Below, one piece after another: positions 48,960 to 60,962 of a stretch of DNA of 64,000 nt. The stretch covers positions 1,783-65,782 of the forward strand of contig JAJDWF010000085.1 of assembly GCA_022825745.1 (NCBI GenBank). Reading direction: 5' to 3'. The notes under the pieces were generated by a model, which was given only the letters and a program-made list of their open reading frames with translations, was not told the origin of the DNA and did no database searches. Every line of letters begins with the position of its first letter. Positions within the stretch are counted from its first letter, which is position 1. A program made the translations under genes and the position numbers. This DNA comes from Dehalococcoidia bacterium. GTDB taxonomy: Bacteria; Chloroflexota; Dehalococcoidia; Lucifugimonadales; UBA3495.

Positions 48960-49397
48960 GTGAGTACGCAGTCGAACAGGCCGTTGGTCGGTGTGGGGGT
49001 GGTGTTCGTGCGCCATGGTGAAGTGTTTCTGGCCAGGCGACGGGGAGCCCACGGTGAGGATAGTTGGGCCTCCGCAGGCGGACACCTGGAGTTCGGGGAA
49101 ACGTTGGAGGAGTGTGCCCGGCGTGAGGCGATGGAAGAGCTCAGCGTAAGGGTTGGCGAGCTGCGCGTCCTTTGCCTCAGCAACATCGTTGCCTACGGAC
49201 GCCATTACGTCGATGTGGAATTTCTTGGCGATATAGGGGATCAAGAACCAATTCCGACGGCATCCGACGGGTCGTTCGGAGAGTACGGGTGGTATCCGCT
49301 GTCCGGGCCACCGCAGCCGTTGTTCGAACCCATGCGCCTGGCCATCGAGAGCCTGCGGACGGGCCAATGGTATTATCCTTCTATATCAGAACAATAG
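48960..49397 (+). CDS. NUDIX hydrolase
   Basis: Nudix box GGHLEFGETLEECARREAMEE. Confidence 0.8.
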   Translation: MSTQSNRPLVGVGVVFVRHGEVFLARRRGAHGEDSWASAGGHLEFGETLEECARREAMEELSVRVGELRVLCLSNIVAYGRHYVDVEFLGDIGDQEPIPTASDGSFGEYGWYPLSGPPQPLFEPMRLAIESLRTGQWYYPSISEQ

Positions 49398-49432
49398 ACA
49401 TAACCCAGTTAAATTATTTCAAAAAATCGCGT

Positions 49433-49479
49433 ATTTTCGTACTGAAAACATGGTACGAAAATGGCGATTATGCTATAAT
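49433..49479 (+). promoter_or_regulatory. gyrB promoter region: 10-bp inverted repeat plus extended -10
   Basis: ATTTTCGTAC-N10-GTACGAAAAT (49433-49462), then TGCTATAAT (49471-49479), within a ~140-nt stretch of about 35% G+C. Confidence 0.45.
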
Positions 49480-49514
49480 TAGTTCTACACCAACAGTATT
49501 ATGATTCGCAATAA

Positions 49515-51560
<2,046 letters not shown>

Positions 51561-52094
51561 ATGCCTTCCGGCGAGCTGACTCTGCTCATCTCCGAGGCGG
51601 AGTTGAAATCAGGCGTCGCCGAACTGGCCCGGCAGATTGACCGGGACTATGCCAGCACCGGTTTGGTGCTGGTTTGCATTCTGAAGGGCGGAGCGATATT
51701 CGCTTCGGACCTGCTCCGGGAATTGAAGTGCAGCGTGCACCGGGTGGAGTTCCTGCGTGCCAGCAGCTACGGCAGCGGCACGCAATCCTCAGGATCCGTG
51801 CGTATCGAAAGCACTCTAGCCGCGGAGCAGGTGTCGAGCCGGCACGTGCTGGTAGTTGACGACATCGCCGATACCGGGCACACCTGCGTTGCGGTTTCCG
51901 ATTACATGCGCGGCATGGGCCCGGCCTCGGTGCGTTATTGCGCGCTGTTAGACAAACCGGACCGGAGAGAGGTTTCGGTTGACTGCGACTACGTGGGTTT
52001 CACCATCCCGGATTACTTTGTGGTCGGCTACGGGATGGACCTGGACGAACGCTACCGGGGCCTGCCGGCAGTCTATTATTTTCCAAGTGCGTAG
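51561..52094 (+). CDS. hpt: Hypoxanthine phosphoribosyltransferase
   Basis: Motifs ILKGG..F..DL and the PRPP-binding VLVVDDIADTGHT. The ATG directly follows the gyrB stop. Confidence 0.9.
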   Translation: MPSGELTLLISEAELKSGVAELARQIDRDYASTGLVLVCILKGGAIFASDLLRELKCSVHRVEFLRASSYGSGTQSSGSVRIESTLAAEQVSSRHVLVVDDIADTGHTCVAVSDYMRGMGPASVRYCALLDKPDRREVSVDCDYVGFTIPDYFVVGYGMDLDERYRGLPAVYYFPSA

Positions 52095-52115
52095 GGGCGA
52101 ATATTCATTCGCCCC
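52094..52115. terminator. Repeated palindromic hairpin (copy 2) at a convergent gene junction
   Basis: GGGGCGAAT-ATTC-ATTCGCCCC, identical to 15064-15085. It starts within the hpt stop codon. Confidence 0.5.
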
Positions 52116-52132
52116 TACGGAATTTTGGTTCC

Positions 52133-53770
52133 CTAAAATCCCACGGCTTGGCCGTCTCCACGGGGGTCGGACGCGCCGGTGAGCACGCCTCGACGGCCAT
52201 CGCGTACAATCAACTGCACGCAACCGTGGAATGAGCCCAGAGCATTCTGAACGACATTGTGTCCCATGCGTTTCAAATCGCGGATGGTGTCGTCGGGCAT
52301 TCCCATTTCCACGCGCAGTTCGCCGGCGCGGTTGATGGTGGCGGGATCGGTGCCTGGGAAGCTGAACCAGCGGGGCGATTCAACGGCATCCTGTGGTTGA
52401 AGTCCGCCGTCAATCAGTTTGGTGAGCATCTGGATGCCGACCTGGGGCTGGAGATCGCCGCCGGGCGTGCCGCCGACGATGGAGACCTCGCCGTTAGCGG
52501 TGGTGAGGTAGCAGTTCAGCGTGTGCATGGTGCGCTTGCCCGGCGCGATGACGTTGGGGTGATCCGGCTCTAGGCTGAAACCGCGTCCACCACGATTGTT
52601 GAACAGGACTCCGGTTCCGGGGGCGACCACGCCTGAACCGAAGCCGTTGGAAAGGCTGTGAATCCAGCTGACTGCATTGCCGGCGCCGTCGGCGACGCAG
52701 AAGTAGGTGGTATCGCCGAGGCCGTTGGTGGGCACCAGTGGACGGACCTCGGTACCGGCCTGGAAGGGATGAATTTGATCCCGCCGCATGTCGGCGTACT
52801 CGGTGGAGAGCAGGCCGTCCAGGGGCCAATCGACGAAATTGGGGTCGCCGGCCAGTCGATTACGGTCGGAGTACGCGATTTTCTTGGCTTCAACCAGCAG
52901 GTGAATGGCGTCCGCCGAGTTGGGCGTCATGGAGGTCAGGTCGTGGCCGGCGACGATGTTGAGCATCTCCAGCAGCAGGAACCCCTGGGACGGCGGACGG
53001 GTCTGATAAACCGTGTGTTGCCGGTAGGTGGCGCTGATGGGTTCGCACACGTCGGCATGATGGCCGGCGAAATCAGCCTCTGTGAACAGTCCGCCATCCG
53101 ATGTAGCCTGATTGAGTCCAGCGACCAGCTGAGCGGTCAGGTCGCTGCGGTAGTAAGCGTCCGCGCCGCCCTCGGCCACGCGGTGGATGGAGTTGGCGAG
53201 GTCCGGGTTGGCCAGGATTTCACCCTCGCGCGGCGGACGGCCGTTGCGCAGGTAGATGTCCGCCGTGGCAGTGTGCCGGGCCAGGAGCTCGGCGTTGCCG
53301 GCAAACGAGCGGGCGATGCCAGCGGGCACGGGGAATCCCTGCTCTGCGTAGCGGATGGCCGGAGCCACCAGATCCGCCATGGGTATGGTGCAGAAATTGC
53401 GGTGCATGGCCTCCCACGCGCCGGCTTCACCGGGCACGGTAACGGAGTGGGCGCCTGTTATCGGCATGAGCGCCAGGCCCTGGTTGCGGTAGTAATCGGC
53501 CTCTGCGCCAGAGCCGGCGACTCCGCTGCTGTTGATGTTGGTAACCCTGCCGGAGGCGGCATCGTAAGCCAGGATGAACGAGTCGCCGCCCAAACCGCAC
53601 TTCGGGACAATGGTAACGCACTCCACGGCGGCGACGGCGAGAGCGGCGTCAAACGCGGTGCCGCCGTCCTGAAGCACGCGCAGGCCTGCGGCAGCCGCCA
53701 GCGGAGAATCGGAGCACACCATGCCATTCTGACCGTGCACGGCGCTGCGGGCAAGTTTGGTGATTGACAT
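52133..53770 (-). CDS. ggt: Gamma-glutamyltransferase
   Basis: 545 aa. The autoprocessing site context (GDTTYFCV), and the motifs GGADAYY and GASDPRGDG, are typical of GGT. Confidence 0.9.
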   Translation of the reverse strand: MSITKLARSAVHGQNGMVCSDSPLAAAAGLRVLQDGGTAFDAALAVAAVECVTIVPKCGLGGDSFILAYDAASGRVTNINSSGVAGSGAEADYYRNQGLALMPITGAHSVTVPGEAGAWEAMHRNFCTIPMADLVAPAIRYAEQGFPVPAGIARSFAGNAELLARHTATADIYLRNGRPPREGEILANPDLANSIHRVAEGGADAYYRSDLTAQLVAGLNQATSDGGLFTEADFAGHHADVCEPISATYRQHTVYQTRPPSQGFLLLEMLNIVAGHDLTSMTPNSADAIHLLVEAKKIAYSDRNRLAGDPNFVDWPLDGLLSTEYADMRRDQIHPFQAGTEVRPLVPTNGLGDTTYFCVADGAGNAVSWIHSLSNGFGSGVVAPGTGVLFNNRGGRGFSLEPDHPNVIAPGKRTMHTLNCYLTTANGEVSIVGGTPGGDLQPQVGIQMLTKLIDGGLQPQDAVESPRWFSFPGTDPATINRAGELRVEMGMPDDTIRDLKRMGHNVVQNALGSFHGCVQLIVRDGRRGVLTGASDPRGDGQAVGF

Positions 53771-53853
53771 GGCGGCCTCCAGTGTGGTTCGTAGTCGGCG
53801 CAGTCTGTTACTGCGCTAATAATCCTATACGCCACGCCAACTGGCAAGCATGG

Positions 53854-54372
53854 TTACTCGAAGCGAATACCATCGCCCCACCGCACAACCCCTTCTACCC
53901 CGTCCACCTTTGATATAAATTGTGCTATCAGCTCCTTTCGTCCCGGCATAATCGCATCCGCCGCAATCTCCGCCAGCGGGATCAGCACGAAAGCCCGTTG
54001 CGTCATGCGCGGATGTGGTATTTGCAAGTCCGGATCCGCCACGCTCACCGCTTGGTCGCCGTACAGCAGGATGTCCACGTCAATGAGCCGCGGTCCCCAG
54101 CGATAGCTTTCGGTACGACCAACCTGGGATTCGACCTTCTTGCAAACCGCCAGTAATCCCACGGGAGGAAGCGTCGTCTCGTATCCGGCCACTAAGTTGA
54201 GAAAATGCGGCTGCTCCGCAACCCCCCACGGTTCGGTTTCGTACACCGACGAACAGGCGGTGCGGCGCATCCCCGGCGTGGAGTCTAGAAGCAGCAGCGC
54301 CTCCGTCAACGCCGCCAGCCGGTCGCCCAGGTTGCCGCCCAGGCCCAGGTACGCGGTTACCGATTCGGCCAT
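53854..54372 (-). CDS. folK: 2-amino-4-hydroxy-6-hydroxymethyldihydropteridine diphosphokinase
   Basis: HPPK motifs: AYLGLGGNLGDR, YETEPWG, RWGPR.IDVDILLY, HPRM..R.FVL.PL. Confidence 0.9.
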   Translation of the reverse strand: MAESVTAYLGLGGNLGDRLAALTEALLLLDSTPGMRRTACSSVYETEPWGVAEQPHFLNLVAGYETTLPPVGLLAVCKKVESQVGRTESYRWGPRLIDVDILLYGDQAVSVADPDLQIPHPRMTQRAFVLIPLAEIAADAIMPGRKELIAQFISKVDGVEGVVRWGDGIRFE

Positions 54373-55232
54373 CCCTCCGGCCTCCAGTCCCGCATGATGG
54401 CGTCGGTCATGCGGGCCACGCGCACCATCTCTTTGACGTCGTGGACGCGCACGATGTCCGCGCCGCCGGCGATGTTCATGGCAACCGCCGCTGCCGTACC
54501 CTCCAGCCTCTCCTCCGGCGGCAGGTTGAGGACGCGCCCGATGGTGGACTTGCGGGAAACGCCGACCAGCAAGGGAAATCCCAACTCCCTGAGCTCCGGG
54601 AGCCGGCGCAGTAACTCGAGGTTGTGCTCTGCGGTCTTGCCAAAGCCGATGCCGGGGTCAAGGACGATGTTGTGGTAGGCGACGCCGGCGGCTTGAGCAA
54701 TGCCGGCGATTCTGCTCAAACCTGCAATCACGTCCTGGACTAAATCTTCGTACTGCGCCTGACTCTGGTTGTGCATCAGGATCGCCGGCACGCCGGCGGC
54801 GGCGATGACCGGCGCCATTGCGCCGTCTGCCAGGAATCCCCATACGTCGTTGACCATCGACGCGCCGGCGTCGATGGCGCGTCGCGCCACTGGCGCCTTA
54901 TAGGTGTCCACGCTGACGGGAATGCTGACCGATTCGCAGATCGCCGAGAGCGCGGGGAGCAGGCGGGCGACCTCCACCTCGGCTGAAATCGGCTGGCTGC
55001 CCGGTCGCGTGGATTCTGCGCCCACGTCGATAATGTCTGCGCCGTCCGCTTCCATGCGTTGCGCCAAATCCACCGCCGCCCGTGGGTCATCGGCGAGCCC
55101 GTCGTCGGAGAATGAGTCAGGCGTCAGATTGATGATGCCCATCACGTAGGTGCGGCGACCCCATACCAGGGGCTCGCCGCCGGCGACGGTCAGGCTCGGG
55201 TTAGGTTCGGGGATTGTCCGGTTGGATGACAA
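54357..55232 (-). CDS. folP: Dihydropteroate synthase
   Basis: DHPS motifs: MGIINLTPDSFSDDG, DIIDVGAESTRPG, VDT, DPGIGFGK, VG.SRKS. The proposed TTG start at 55232 (GGAG 10 nt upstream) is uncertain, and ATG at 55142 is the alternative. The rest of the 838-aa track ORF is antisense to the next gene. Confidence 0.85.
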   Translation of the reverse strand: MSSNRTIPEPNPSLTVAGGEPLVWGRRTYVMGIINLTPDSFSDDGLADDPRAAVDLAQRMEADGADIIDVGAESTRPGSQPISAEVEVARLLPALSAICESVSIPVSVDTYKAPVARRAIDAGASMVNDVWGFLADGAMAPVIAAAGVPAILMHNQSQAQYEDLVQDVIAGLSRIAGIAQAAGVAYHNIVLDPGIGFGKTAEHNLELLRRLPELRELGFPLLVGVSRKSTIGRVLNLPPEERLEGTAAAVAMNIAGGADIVRVHDVKEMVRVARMTDAIMRDWRPEGWPNR

Positions 55233-55265
55233 GAGCGTGGATCTCCGTTCCGCAAGCAACAAGCG

Positions 55266-56891
55266 GTGAGTGCTATTATACCGACCAACCGACTGCCGCT
55301 GGAGGCCGATTTGACCACGACCAACGAAGCACCTATTGAATCGACGGGCGACGCGAAACTGGAGCATTTGCTGGAACTCAGCGAGCAGGCTGCGCTCGGC
55401 GGTGGGCAGAGACGCATCGAACAGCAGCACCAGCGGGGCAAGAAAACGGCGCTGGAGCGGTTGCAGTTGCTGATGGACCCCGGGACGTTCCAGGAGATCG
55501 ACCGGTTCGCCACCCATCGCACCACGGACTTCGGCCTGGCGGGTCGGACCTTCCTGGGCGACGCGGTGGTCACGGGGTACGGCAACATCGACGGGCGGCA
55601 GGTGTTCGCCTACGCGCAGGATTTCACGGTGTTCGGCGGTTCGCTTTCGGAAGTGGTGGGTCAGAAAATCTGCAAGGTGATGGACCTGGCCGCCAAGACC
55701 GGGTGCCCCATGATCGGCATTTGCGACTCTGGCGGCGCTCGCATCCAGGAAGGGGCCCTGAGCCTGGCGGCCTACGGCGACATATTCCTGCGTAACACCT
55801 TGTACTCCGGTGTGGTGCCCCAGATTTCGGTGATCATGGGGCCGTCGGCCGGCGGCGCGGTGTATTCGCCGGCCATCACCGATTTCATATTCATGGTGCG
55901 TGGCACGGGCCAGATGTACATAACCGGCCCGGACGTGGTGCGCGCTGTCACCGGCGAGGACGTTACCCACGAGCAGCTTGGCGGAGCGGACGCCCACGCG
56001 GCGCGCAGCGGCGTGGCCCATTTCGTGGCCGATTCCGAGGACGAATGCCTTGAGGAACTGCGGCGCCTGATTTCTTTCCTTCCACTCAACAACCTCGATG
56101 ACCCGCCCGCCTATCGCACGGCTGACCCGGCGAATCGTTCGGATGAGGTTCTGCGCAGCATCGTGCCGCCGGAACCCAACCGGCCCTACGACATCCGCGA
56201 AATCATCTATCACATCGTGGACGATGAAGATTTCATGGAGGTGCAGGCTGGCTACGCGCCCAACGTGGTAGTCGGCTTCGGGCGTATGGCCGGCCGCACG
56301 GTGGGTCTGGTAGGAAACCAGCCGGCGTTCCTGGCCGGCGTGCTGGACATCAACGCATCGGCCAAGGCGTCCCGGTTCGTCCGCTTCTGCGACTGCTTCA
56401 ACGTCCCATTGGTTACGCTGGTGGACGTGCCGGGCTTCATGCCGGGCACGGAACAGGAATACGGCGGCATCATCCGCCACGGCGCCAAGCTGATCTACGC
56501 CTACGCCGAGGCCACGGTGCCCAAGGTGGCGCTCATCACCCGCAAGGCGTACGGCGGCGCGTACATTGTTATGAGCAGCAAGCACCTGCGCTCCGACGTG
56601 AACCTGGCCTGGCCCAGCGCTGAGATCGCGGTGATGGGCCCGGACGGCGCGGTGAACATAATCTACCGGGAGGAGATCGGCAACGCGGATGATCCCGACT
56701 CCCGCCGGGCTGAGCTGATTGCCGACTACCAGGAACGCTTTACCAACCCTTACGTGGCAGCCAACCGCGGCTACCTGGACGACGTGATCGACCCGGCGGC
56801 AACCCGGCCCACCATCATCCGTGCCTTGGAGATGCTCCAGAACAAGCGGGACACACTGCCGGCCAAAAAGCACGGCAACATACCGCTATAA
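55266..56891 (+). CDS. Acyl-CoA carboxylase carboxyltransferase (beta) subunit (propionyl-/methylmalonyl-CoA type)
   Basis: Motifs QH..GK.TA.ERL..L.D.G.F.E, SGGARIQEG, and the MGP.GAV-like AEIAVMGPDGAV. The start codon is uncertain. Confidence 0.9.
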   Translation: MSAIIPTNRLPLEADLTTTNEAPIESTGDAKLEHLLELSEQAALGGGQRRIEQQHQRGKKTALERLQLLMDPGTFQEIDRFATHRTTDFGLAGRTFLGDAVVTGYGNIDGRQVFAYAQDFTVFGGSLSEVVGQKICKVMDLAAKTGCPMIGICDSGGARIQEGALSLAAYGDIFLRNTLYSGVVPQISVIMGPSAGGAVYSPAITDFIFMVRGTGQMYITGPDVVRAVTGEDVTHEQLGGADAHAARSGVAHFVADSEDECLEELRRLISFLPLNNLDDPPAYRTADPANRSDEVLRSIVPPEPNRPYDIREIIYHIVDDEDFMEVQAGYAPNVVVGFGRMAGRTVGLVGNQPAFLAGVLDINASAKASRFVRFCDCFNVPLVTLVDVPGFMPGTEQEYGGIIRHGAKLIYAYAEATVPKVALITRKAYGGAYIVMSSKHLRSDVNLAWPSAEIAVMGPDGAVNIIYREEIGNADDPDSRRAELIADYQERFTNPYVAANRGYLDDVIDPAATRPTIIRALEMLQNKRDTLPAKKHGNIPL

Positions 56892-56932
56892 TAGCGTTTT
56901 CAGCCTCTTCGCGTGGTCGGGAGTTATAAACG

Positions 56933-57958
56933 ATGGAATTCGGCGTCTTCTACCAGATCCCTTGCGGTGAGGATCAGACCCCGGCCGAACGCTACTCCGA
57001 CGTGATGGCGCAGGTTCAGTTGGCCGACCAGCTCGGTTACGACATGGCGTGGCTGGCGGAACTGCACTTTGCACGACGCTTCTCGGTGATGCCGGCGCCG
57101 CTGCTGATGGCCTCCGCGTTGTCGCAGACCACCGAGCGCATCATGCTGGGCACCGCCGTCAACCTGCTGCCGCTGCATCACCCGCTGCGAATCGCCGAGG
57201 AGGTTGCGACGCTGGACGTGCTGTCGGACGGGCGTGCCGTTTTCGGCATCGGACGCGGTTCCAACCCGAACCACTACCGAGGGTACGGCATCCCAATCGA
57301 GGAACGTAACGACCGATTCGTTGAGGGGTTGGACCTGGCATTGCGGGCCTGGACGGAAGATGAATTGGATTATCACGGGCGCTTCTACCAGGCGGAGGGA
57401 GTTCGCTTGGAACCCAAGCCCATACAGCAGCCGTACCCGCCGGTGTACATCGCATCCAACGGCGCCGACACCTTTCCTCTGGTGGGCAGCCTCGGCCACA
57501 GCATTCTCGTGACGCCTCTGATCATCACCGTGCCGGGCGTGAGCGACGGTTTGGCAGTGTACCGCGAAACGCTGGCCGAGCACGGGCATGACCAGTCCGC
57601 GGCCAAGGTGGTGGTGAACGTGCCGGTGTATGTTGGCGAAACTGCCGAGTCTGCCAAAGCGGGTTTTGCCCCCACCGTGAACAACTATCTGGGAACCCTG
57701 CGCAGTATGCAGAACAACTCCCGGGGCTCGGGTCGGGCATTCCAGATTAGTTACGACGACATTTACAACGAACTCGGAGCAGTGGGGACGCCGGAGCAGG
57801 TCATAGAGCGGTTGCAGGGATTCAAAGAGCTCTACCAACCGCAAGAGATCATGTGCTGGTTCAACATCGGCGGCATCCTGACCAACGAAGAAGTGGGCCG
57901 GTCAATGCAGCTGTTCGCCGACGAGGTAATGCCCCACTTCAGGAACCGGATGGCATAG
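56933..57958 (+). CDS. LLM-class flavin/F420-dependent oxidoreductase
   Basis: MEFGVFY...GYD.AWLAELHF and FGIGRG motifs. Confidence 0.85.
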   Translation: MEFGVFYQIPCGEDQTPAERYSDVMAQVQLADQLGYDMAWLAELHFARRFSVMPAPLLMASALSQTTERIMLGTAVNLLPLHHPLRIAEEVATLDVLSDGRAVFGIGRGSNPNHYRGYGIPIEERNDRFVEGLDLALRAWTEDELDYHGRFYQAEGVRLEPKPIQQPYPPVYIASNGADTFPLVGSLGHSILVTPLIITVPGVSDGLAVYRETLAEHGHDQSAAKVVVNVPVYVGETAESAKAGFAPTVNNYLGTLRSMQNNSRGSGRAFQISYDDIYNELGAVGTPEQVIERLQGFKELYQPQEIMCWFNIGGILTNEEVGRSMQLFADEVMPHFRNRMA

Positions 57959-57964
57959 TGCCTT

Positions 57965-57990
57965 GGATTCCCTCGCAAGCGGGAATGACG
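57965..57990. repeat. REP-like hairpin, inverted copy of the 38437-38460 element
   Basis: The reverse complement CGTCATTCCCGCTTGCGAGGGAATCC shares CGTCATTCCCGC and GGGAATCC with the 38.4-kb copy. Confidence 0.5.
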
Positions 57991-57998
57991 TGAAATAA

Positions 57999-59363
57999 GT
58001 GACAAGTAGGCACAACACCGGCTCCCTGTTTGAGTACGGGCAGCAGCAGTACGCCCGCGACACCGCGCCGTTGGCGGAGCGCATGCGGCCGGCGTCGTTC
58101 GACGAGTTCGTGGGACAGGAGCACATCCTCGCCGAGGATAAGGTGCTGCGCCGCGCCATCGCCACCGACCGCGTCCCGTCCATATTGTTCTGGGGGCCGC
58201 CCGGTTCCGGCAAAACTACGCTGGCGCGACTAATCGCCACGGTCACCCGGGCGTACTTTGAGCCGGTTTCGGCGGTGTCGGCCGGCGTGGCCGACCTCCG
58301 CAAGGCGGTTGCGGGAGCGCAGGAACGGCGGTCCTTTTACCGGCAGCCGACCATCCTGTTCGTGGACGAAATCCACCGGTTCAACAAGGCGCAACAGGAC
58401 GTGATTCTCCCCCACGTGGAAGACGGCACGGTCATATTCATCGGCGCCACCACGGAAAACCCGTCCTTTGAGGTCAACGCGCCGCTCTTGTCCCGGTGCC
58501 GGGTATTCACCCTGCAGGCCCTGGCCCCTCAGGATGTGTCGAGGATTGTGGAGCGTGCCTTGGAGGATGAGCGCCGCGGTCTGGCCATGATGAACCCGCG
58601 ACTGCCGCCGGACGCCCTGGATCACCTGGTCAACATTGCCAACGGCGACGCGCGAGTTGCCCTGAACGCGCTGGAGATGGCTACGGTAGCCACCGAGCCG
58701 GGGCCCGATGGGCTGCGTCAAGTCAGCGTGGACGCCATTTCGGACGCGCTGCAGAGGCGTACCCCGCTGTACGACAAGGCCGGCGACAGCCATTACGACA
58801 CCATATCGGCATTCATCAAGTCGGTTCGGGGGTCGTCGCCCGACGGAGCGCTCTACTGGCTGGCGCGTATGCTGGAGGCCGGCGAAGACCCGCTGTTCAT
58901 CGCGCGCCGGCTGGTGATACTGGCTGCCGAGGACATCGGGCTGGCCAATCCCGGCGCGCTGCCGGTGGCCGTCGCCGCTCAGCAGGCGGTGCATTTTATC
59001 GGTCTCCCCGAAGGCCGTATCCCCCTGGCCGAGGCGACGGTGTACTTGGCCACGTCGCCCAAGAGCAACTCGGCCTACATGGCGCTGGAACGGGCGATGG
59101 ATGACGTGCGCAATGCTCCTCATGAGCCGGTGCCGCTGCACCTGCGCAACGCAGTTACGGGCTTGATGCGCGGCATGGGCTACGGGTCGGGCTACAAGTA
59201 CAGCCACAGCTACGAAGGGCATTTCGAACCCCAGGAATACCTGCCGCCCGGTTTGTCCGACCGTCGTTACTACCAGCCGTCGGACCAAGGCTCGGAGGCC
59301 GCAATCGCCGAAAGGCTGCGCCGTTGGTGGGGTGACGACGGCCCTTCTTTCGGCTCAGGGTGA
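57999..59363 (+). CDS. rarA: Replication-associated recombination protein A (AAA+ ATPase RarA/MgsA)
   Basis: [16 protein letters not shown], Walker [10 protein letters not shown], Walker [11 protein letters not shown], and the C-terminal MgsA domain. Confidence 0.9.
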   Translation: MTSRHNTGSLFEYGQQQYARDTAPLAERMRPASFDEFVGQEHILAEDKVLRRAIATDRVPSILFWGPPGSGKTTLARLIATVTRAYFEPVSAVSAGVADLRKAVAGAQERRSFYRQPTILFVDEIHRFNKAQQDVILPHVEDGTVIFIGATTENPSFEVNAPLLSRCRVFTLQALAPQDVSRIVERALEDERRGLAMMNPRLPPDALDHLVNIANGDARVALNALEMATVATEPGPDGLRQVSVDAISDALQRRTPLYDKAGDSHYDTISAFIKSVRGSSPDGALYWLARMLEAGEDPLFIARRLVILAAEDIGLANPGALPVAVAAQQAVHFIGLPEGRIPLAEATVYLATSPKSNSAYMALERAMDDVRNAPHEPVPLHLRNAVTGLMRGMGYGSGYKYSHSYEGHFEPQEYLPPGLSDRRYYQPSDQGSEAAIAERLRRWWGDDGPSFGSG

Positions 59364-59376
59364 GCAGGCGTTTCTG

Positions 59377-60306
59377 TCAGGGCGACGTGTAAACCTGCAC
59401 TAACTGGGTCACGCTGAGATTGGGGCGCAGCGCGCGGTCGATGATGGCCCTGACCTGCCATCCAACGAAAGTGTGTTGACCCAACACCGAAGGCATCAGT
59501 CGGTCTGGCACCGGCAGGTGAAAGGCCCAATCGGTCTGCTCGCCGGCGTCCTGAATGGCCGGTCGTTGCAGAATCTGTTGGCTCTCCACCACGCGGGCCT
59601 GCTTGTTGCCTGAACGTTCCCAGCGAGCCAACTCGACCCGCAATTCTCGCGCCTTGACCGGCGTTTGCGTGCTAACGGACAGGTTGCCGTCAATTGCGCC
59701 GCCGTTCACTGCCAGACCCGAGTCAAGGGACAAGTCCATGCCGACGTTCCTGAACTGCCGGTTGATGGTGGGTTGGTCGGGCAGGCGTTCGCCCCCGATG
59801 TTCGCGGCGTCGGCGTGAGCGAACACCACCACCTCCTGGGTGATCTCACCGACTTTACCCAAAGTCAGGTTCGCCAGCAACCCCTTGCCGGAAGGCATCC
59901 AGTCGGATTTGGCCAGGATCGATGCGGAAAGCTGCCATGTGATGTGAGCGTACTTGCCCTTGACAGTAGGCGGCGCCGGAACGGGAAGCCGGAGTTGTAC
60001 CGGAAACCTTTGCAAGACCCCGCCTTCCAGCATCGTGTCTTCAATGAAGACATGGTCCACTTGCACCGGTTCGCCGAACCGCGACCTGCCCCTTCTCCCC
60101 TGCATCATCATCTGAGGCACGGCATCTCGCGCCGAATCGATGCGCAGGACCTCGGTCTGAGATAGCCGAACGTAGCCGACCGACGCCAGGAAAGAGGCGT
60201 GCGGCGTCACCGACACCTCTGCCTCAACAATATCGCCCGGGTACAGCGGCCGGGAACCGATTGAAACCGAGATATCGGCGGCGGGCGGTGTGGAACGGCG
60301 TAGCAT
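59377..60306 (-). CDS. Hypothetical protein, possibly with a two-lobed arrestin/Spo0M-like beta-sandwich fold
   Basis: 309 aa, all-beta-looking. Two halves each resemble arrestin-type motifs (GD.VE..V.V and PP(T/S)..G....I.W.L.A). Confidence 0.55.
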   Translation of the reverse strand: MLRRSTPPAADISVSIGSRPLYPGDIVEAEVSVTPHASFLASVGYVRLSQTEVLRIDSARDAVPQMMMQGRRGRSRFGEPVQVDHVFIEDTMLEGGVLQRFPVQLRLPVPAPPTVKGKYAHITWQLSASILAKSDWMPSGKGLLANLTLGKVGEITQEVVVFAHADAANIGGERLPDQPTINRQFRNVGMDLSLDSGLAVNGGAIDGNLSVSTQTPVKARELRVELARWERSGNKQARVVESQQILQRPAIQDAGEQTDWAFHLPVPDRLMPSVLGQHTFVGWQVRAIIDRALRPNLSVTQLVQVYTSP

Positions 60307-60363
60307 AAACCGAAGCCTGCGTTATGCCTGCCAATTGGAAAGACCGGAGCTTGGCGACCGACT

Positions 60364-60954
60364 TCAGCCGCCCTGTATGGCCGCCATCGCCTCTTCCGCC
60401 GACACTATGTCGGCCTGGCGGTTTAGAATGCGGCTGATTAGGAAGTCATGCACGTCCGGCTCGCTGTCGGCGCAACAGTCCTCAACGATGTATAGCCGGT
60501 AGTCCCGGTCGGCGGCAAAGCGGGTGGTGGACAAAACGACGCCGCTGGTGGCGTAGCCCAGAAGGATGATGGTGTCGATGTTGTTGCCGGTCAGGGCGAC
60601 GTCCAGGCTGGTGCCGAACAGCGCGTTGACCCGGTGCTTGCCCACGACAACCTCGCTATCTAGCGGGCGCACGTCGGGGTGGATGACTTCCAGAGGGTCG
60701 AACACTGCCGGCTGGCCTGATGCTTTGCGGGCGCTGAATGTCTTGTTGCGCTCGCTGATTTCGGGGTATCCAGGGCGAAACACGGTAGCGCAGTAGCACA
60801 CCATCAACCCGGCATCCCGCGCCGCAGCCTGCAACTCGACCGTGCGCGCGACCACGCCGCGCTCCACGGCGTGGGGCAGGTTGCCCATGGCCTCGGCGTA
60901 AAAGTCGGCAATGAGCAGGGCAGTGGTGTCGCGGTTGATGGTGAAATCTGCCAT
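60364..60954 (-). CDS. Isochorismatase-family cysteine hydrolase
   Basis: TALLIADFY N-terminal strand and the catalytic Cys context (IVEDCCAD). Confidence 0.85.
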   Translation of the reverse strand: MADFTINRDTTALLIADFYAEAMGNLPHAVERGVVARTVELQAAARDAGLMVCYCATVFRPGYPEISERNKTFSARKASGQPAVFDPLEVIHPDVRPLDSEVVVGKHRVNALFGTSLDVALTGNNIDTIILLGYATSGVVLSTTRFAADRDYRLYIVEDCCADSEPDVHDFLISRILNRQADIVSAEEAMAAIQGG

Positions 60955-60962
60955 ATCAGCCC

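Noticed and set aside
48881-49186. 102-codon N-terminal extension of the inositol monophosphatase ORF.
   Set aside because: The extension is Ser/Thr/Pro/Arg-rich and overlaps the divergent NUDIX gene. A strong GAGGAGG RBS precedes the internal ATG at 48880, which gives a normal-length IMPase.
55233-56873. N-terminal ~550 aa of the 838-aa minus-strand ORF that ends as folP.
   Set aside because: Only the last ~290 aa match dihydropteroate synthase. The upstream part is antisense to the well-supported acyl-CoA carboxylase beta-subunit gene and has shadow-ORF composition.
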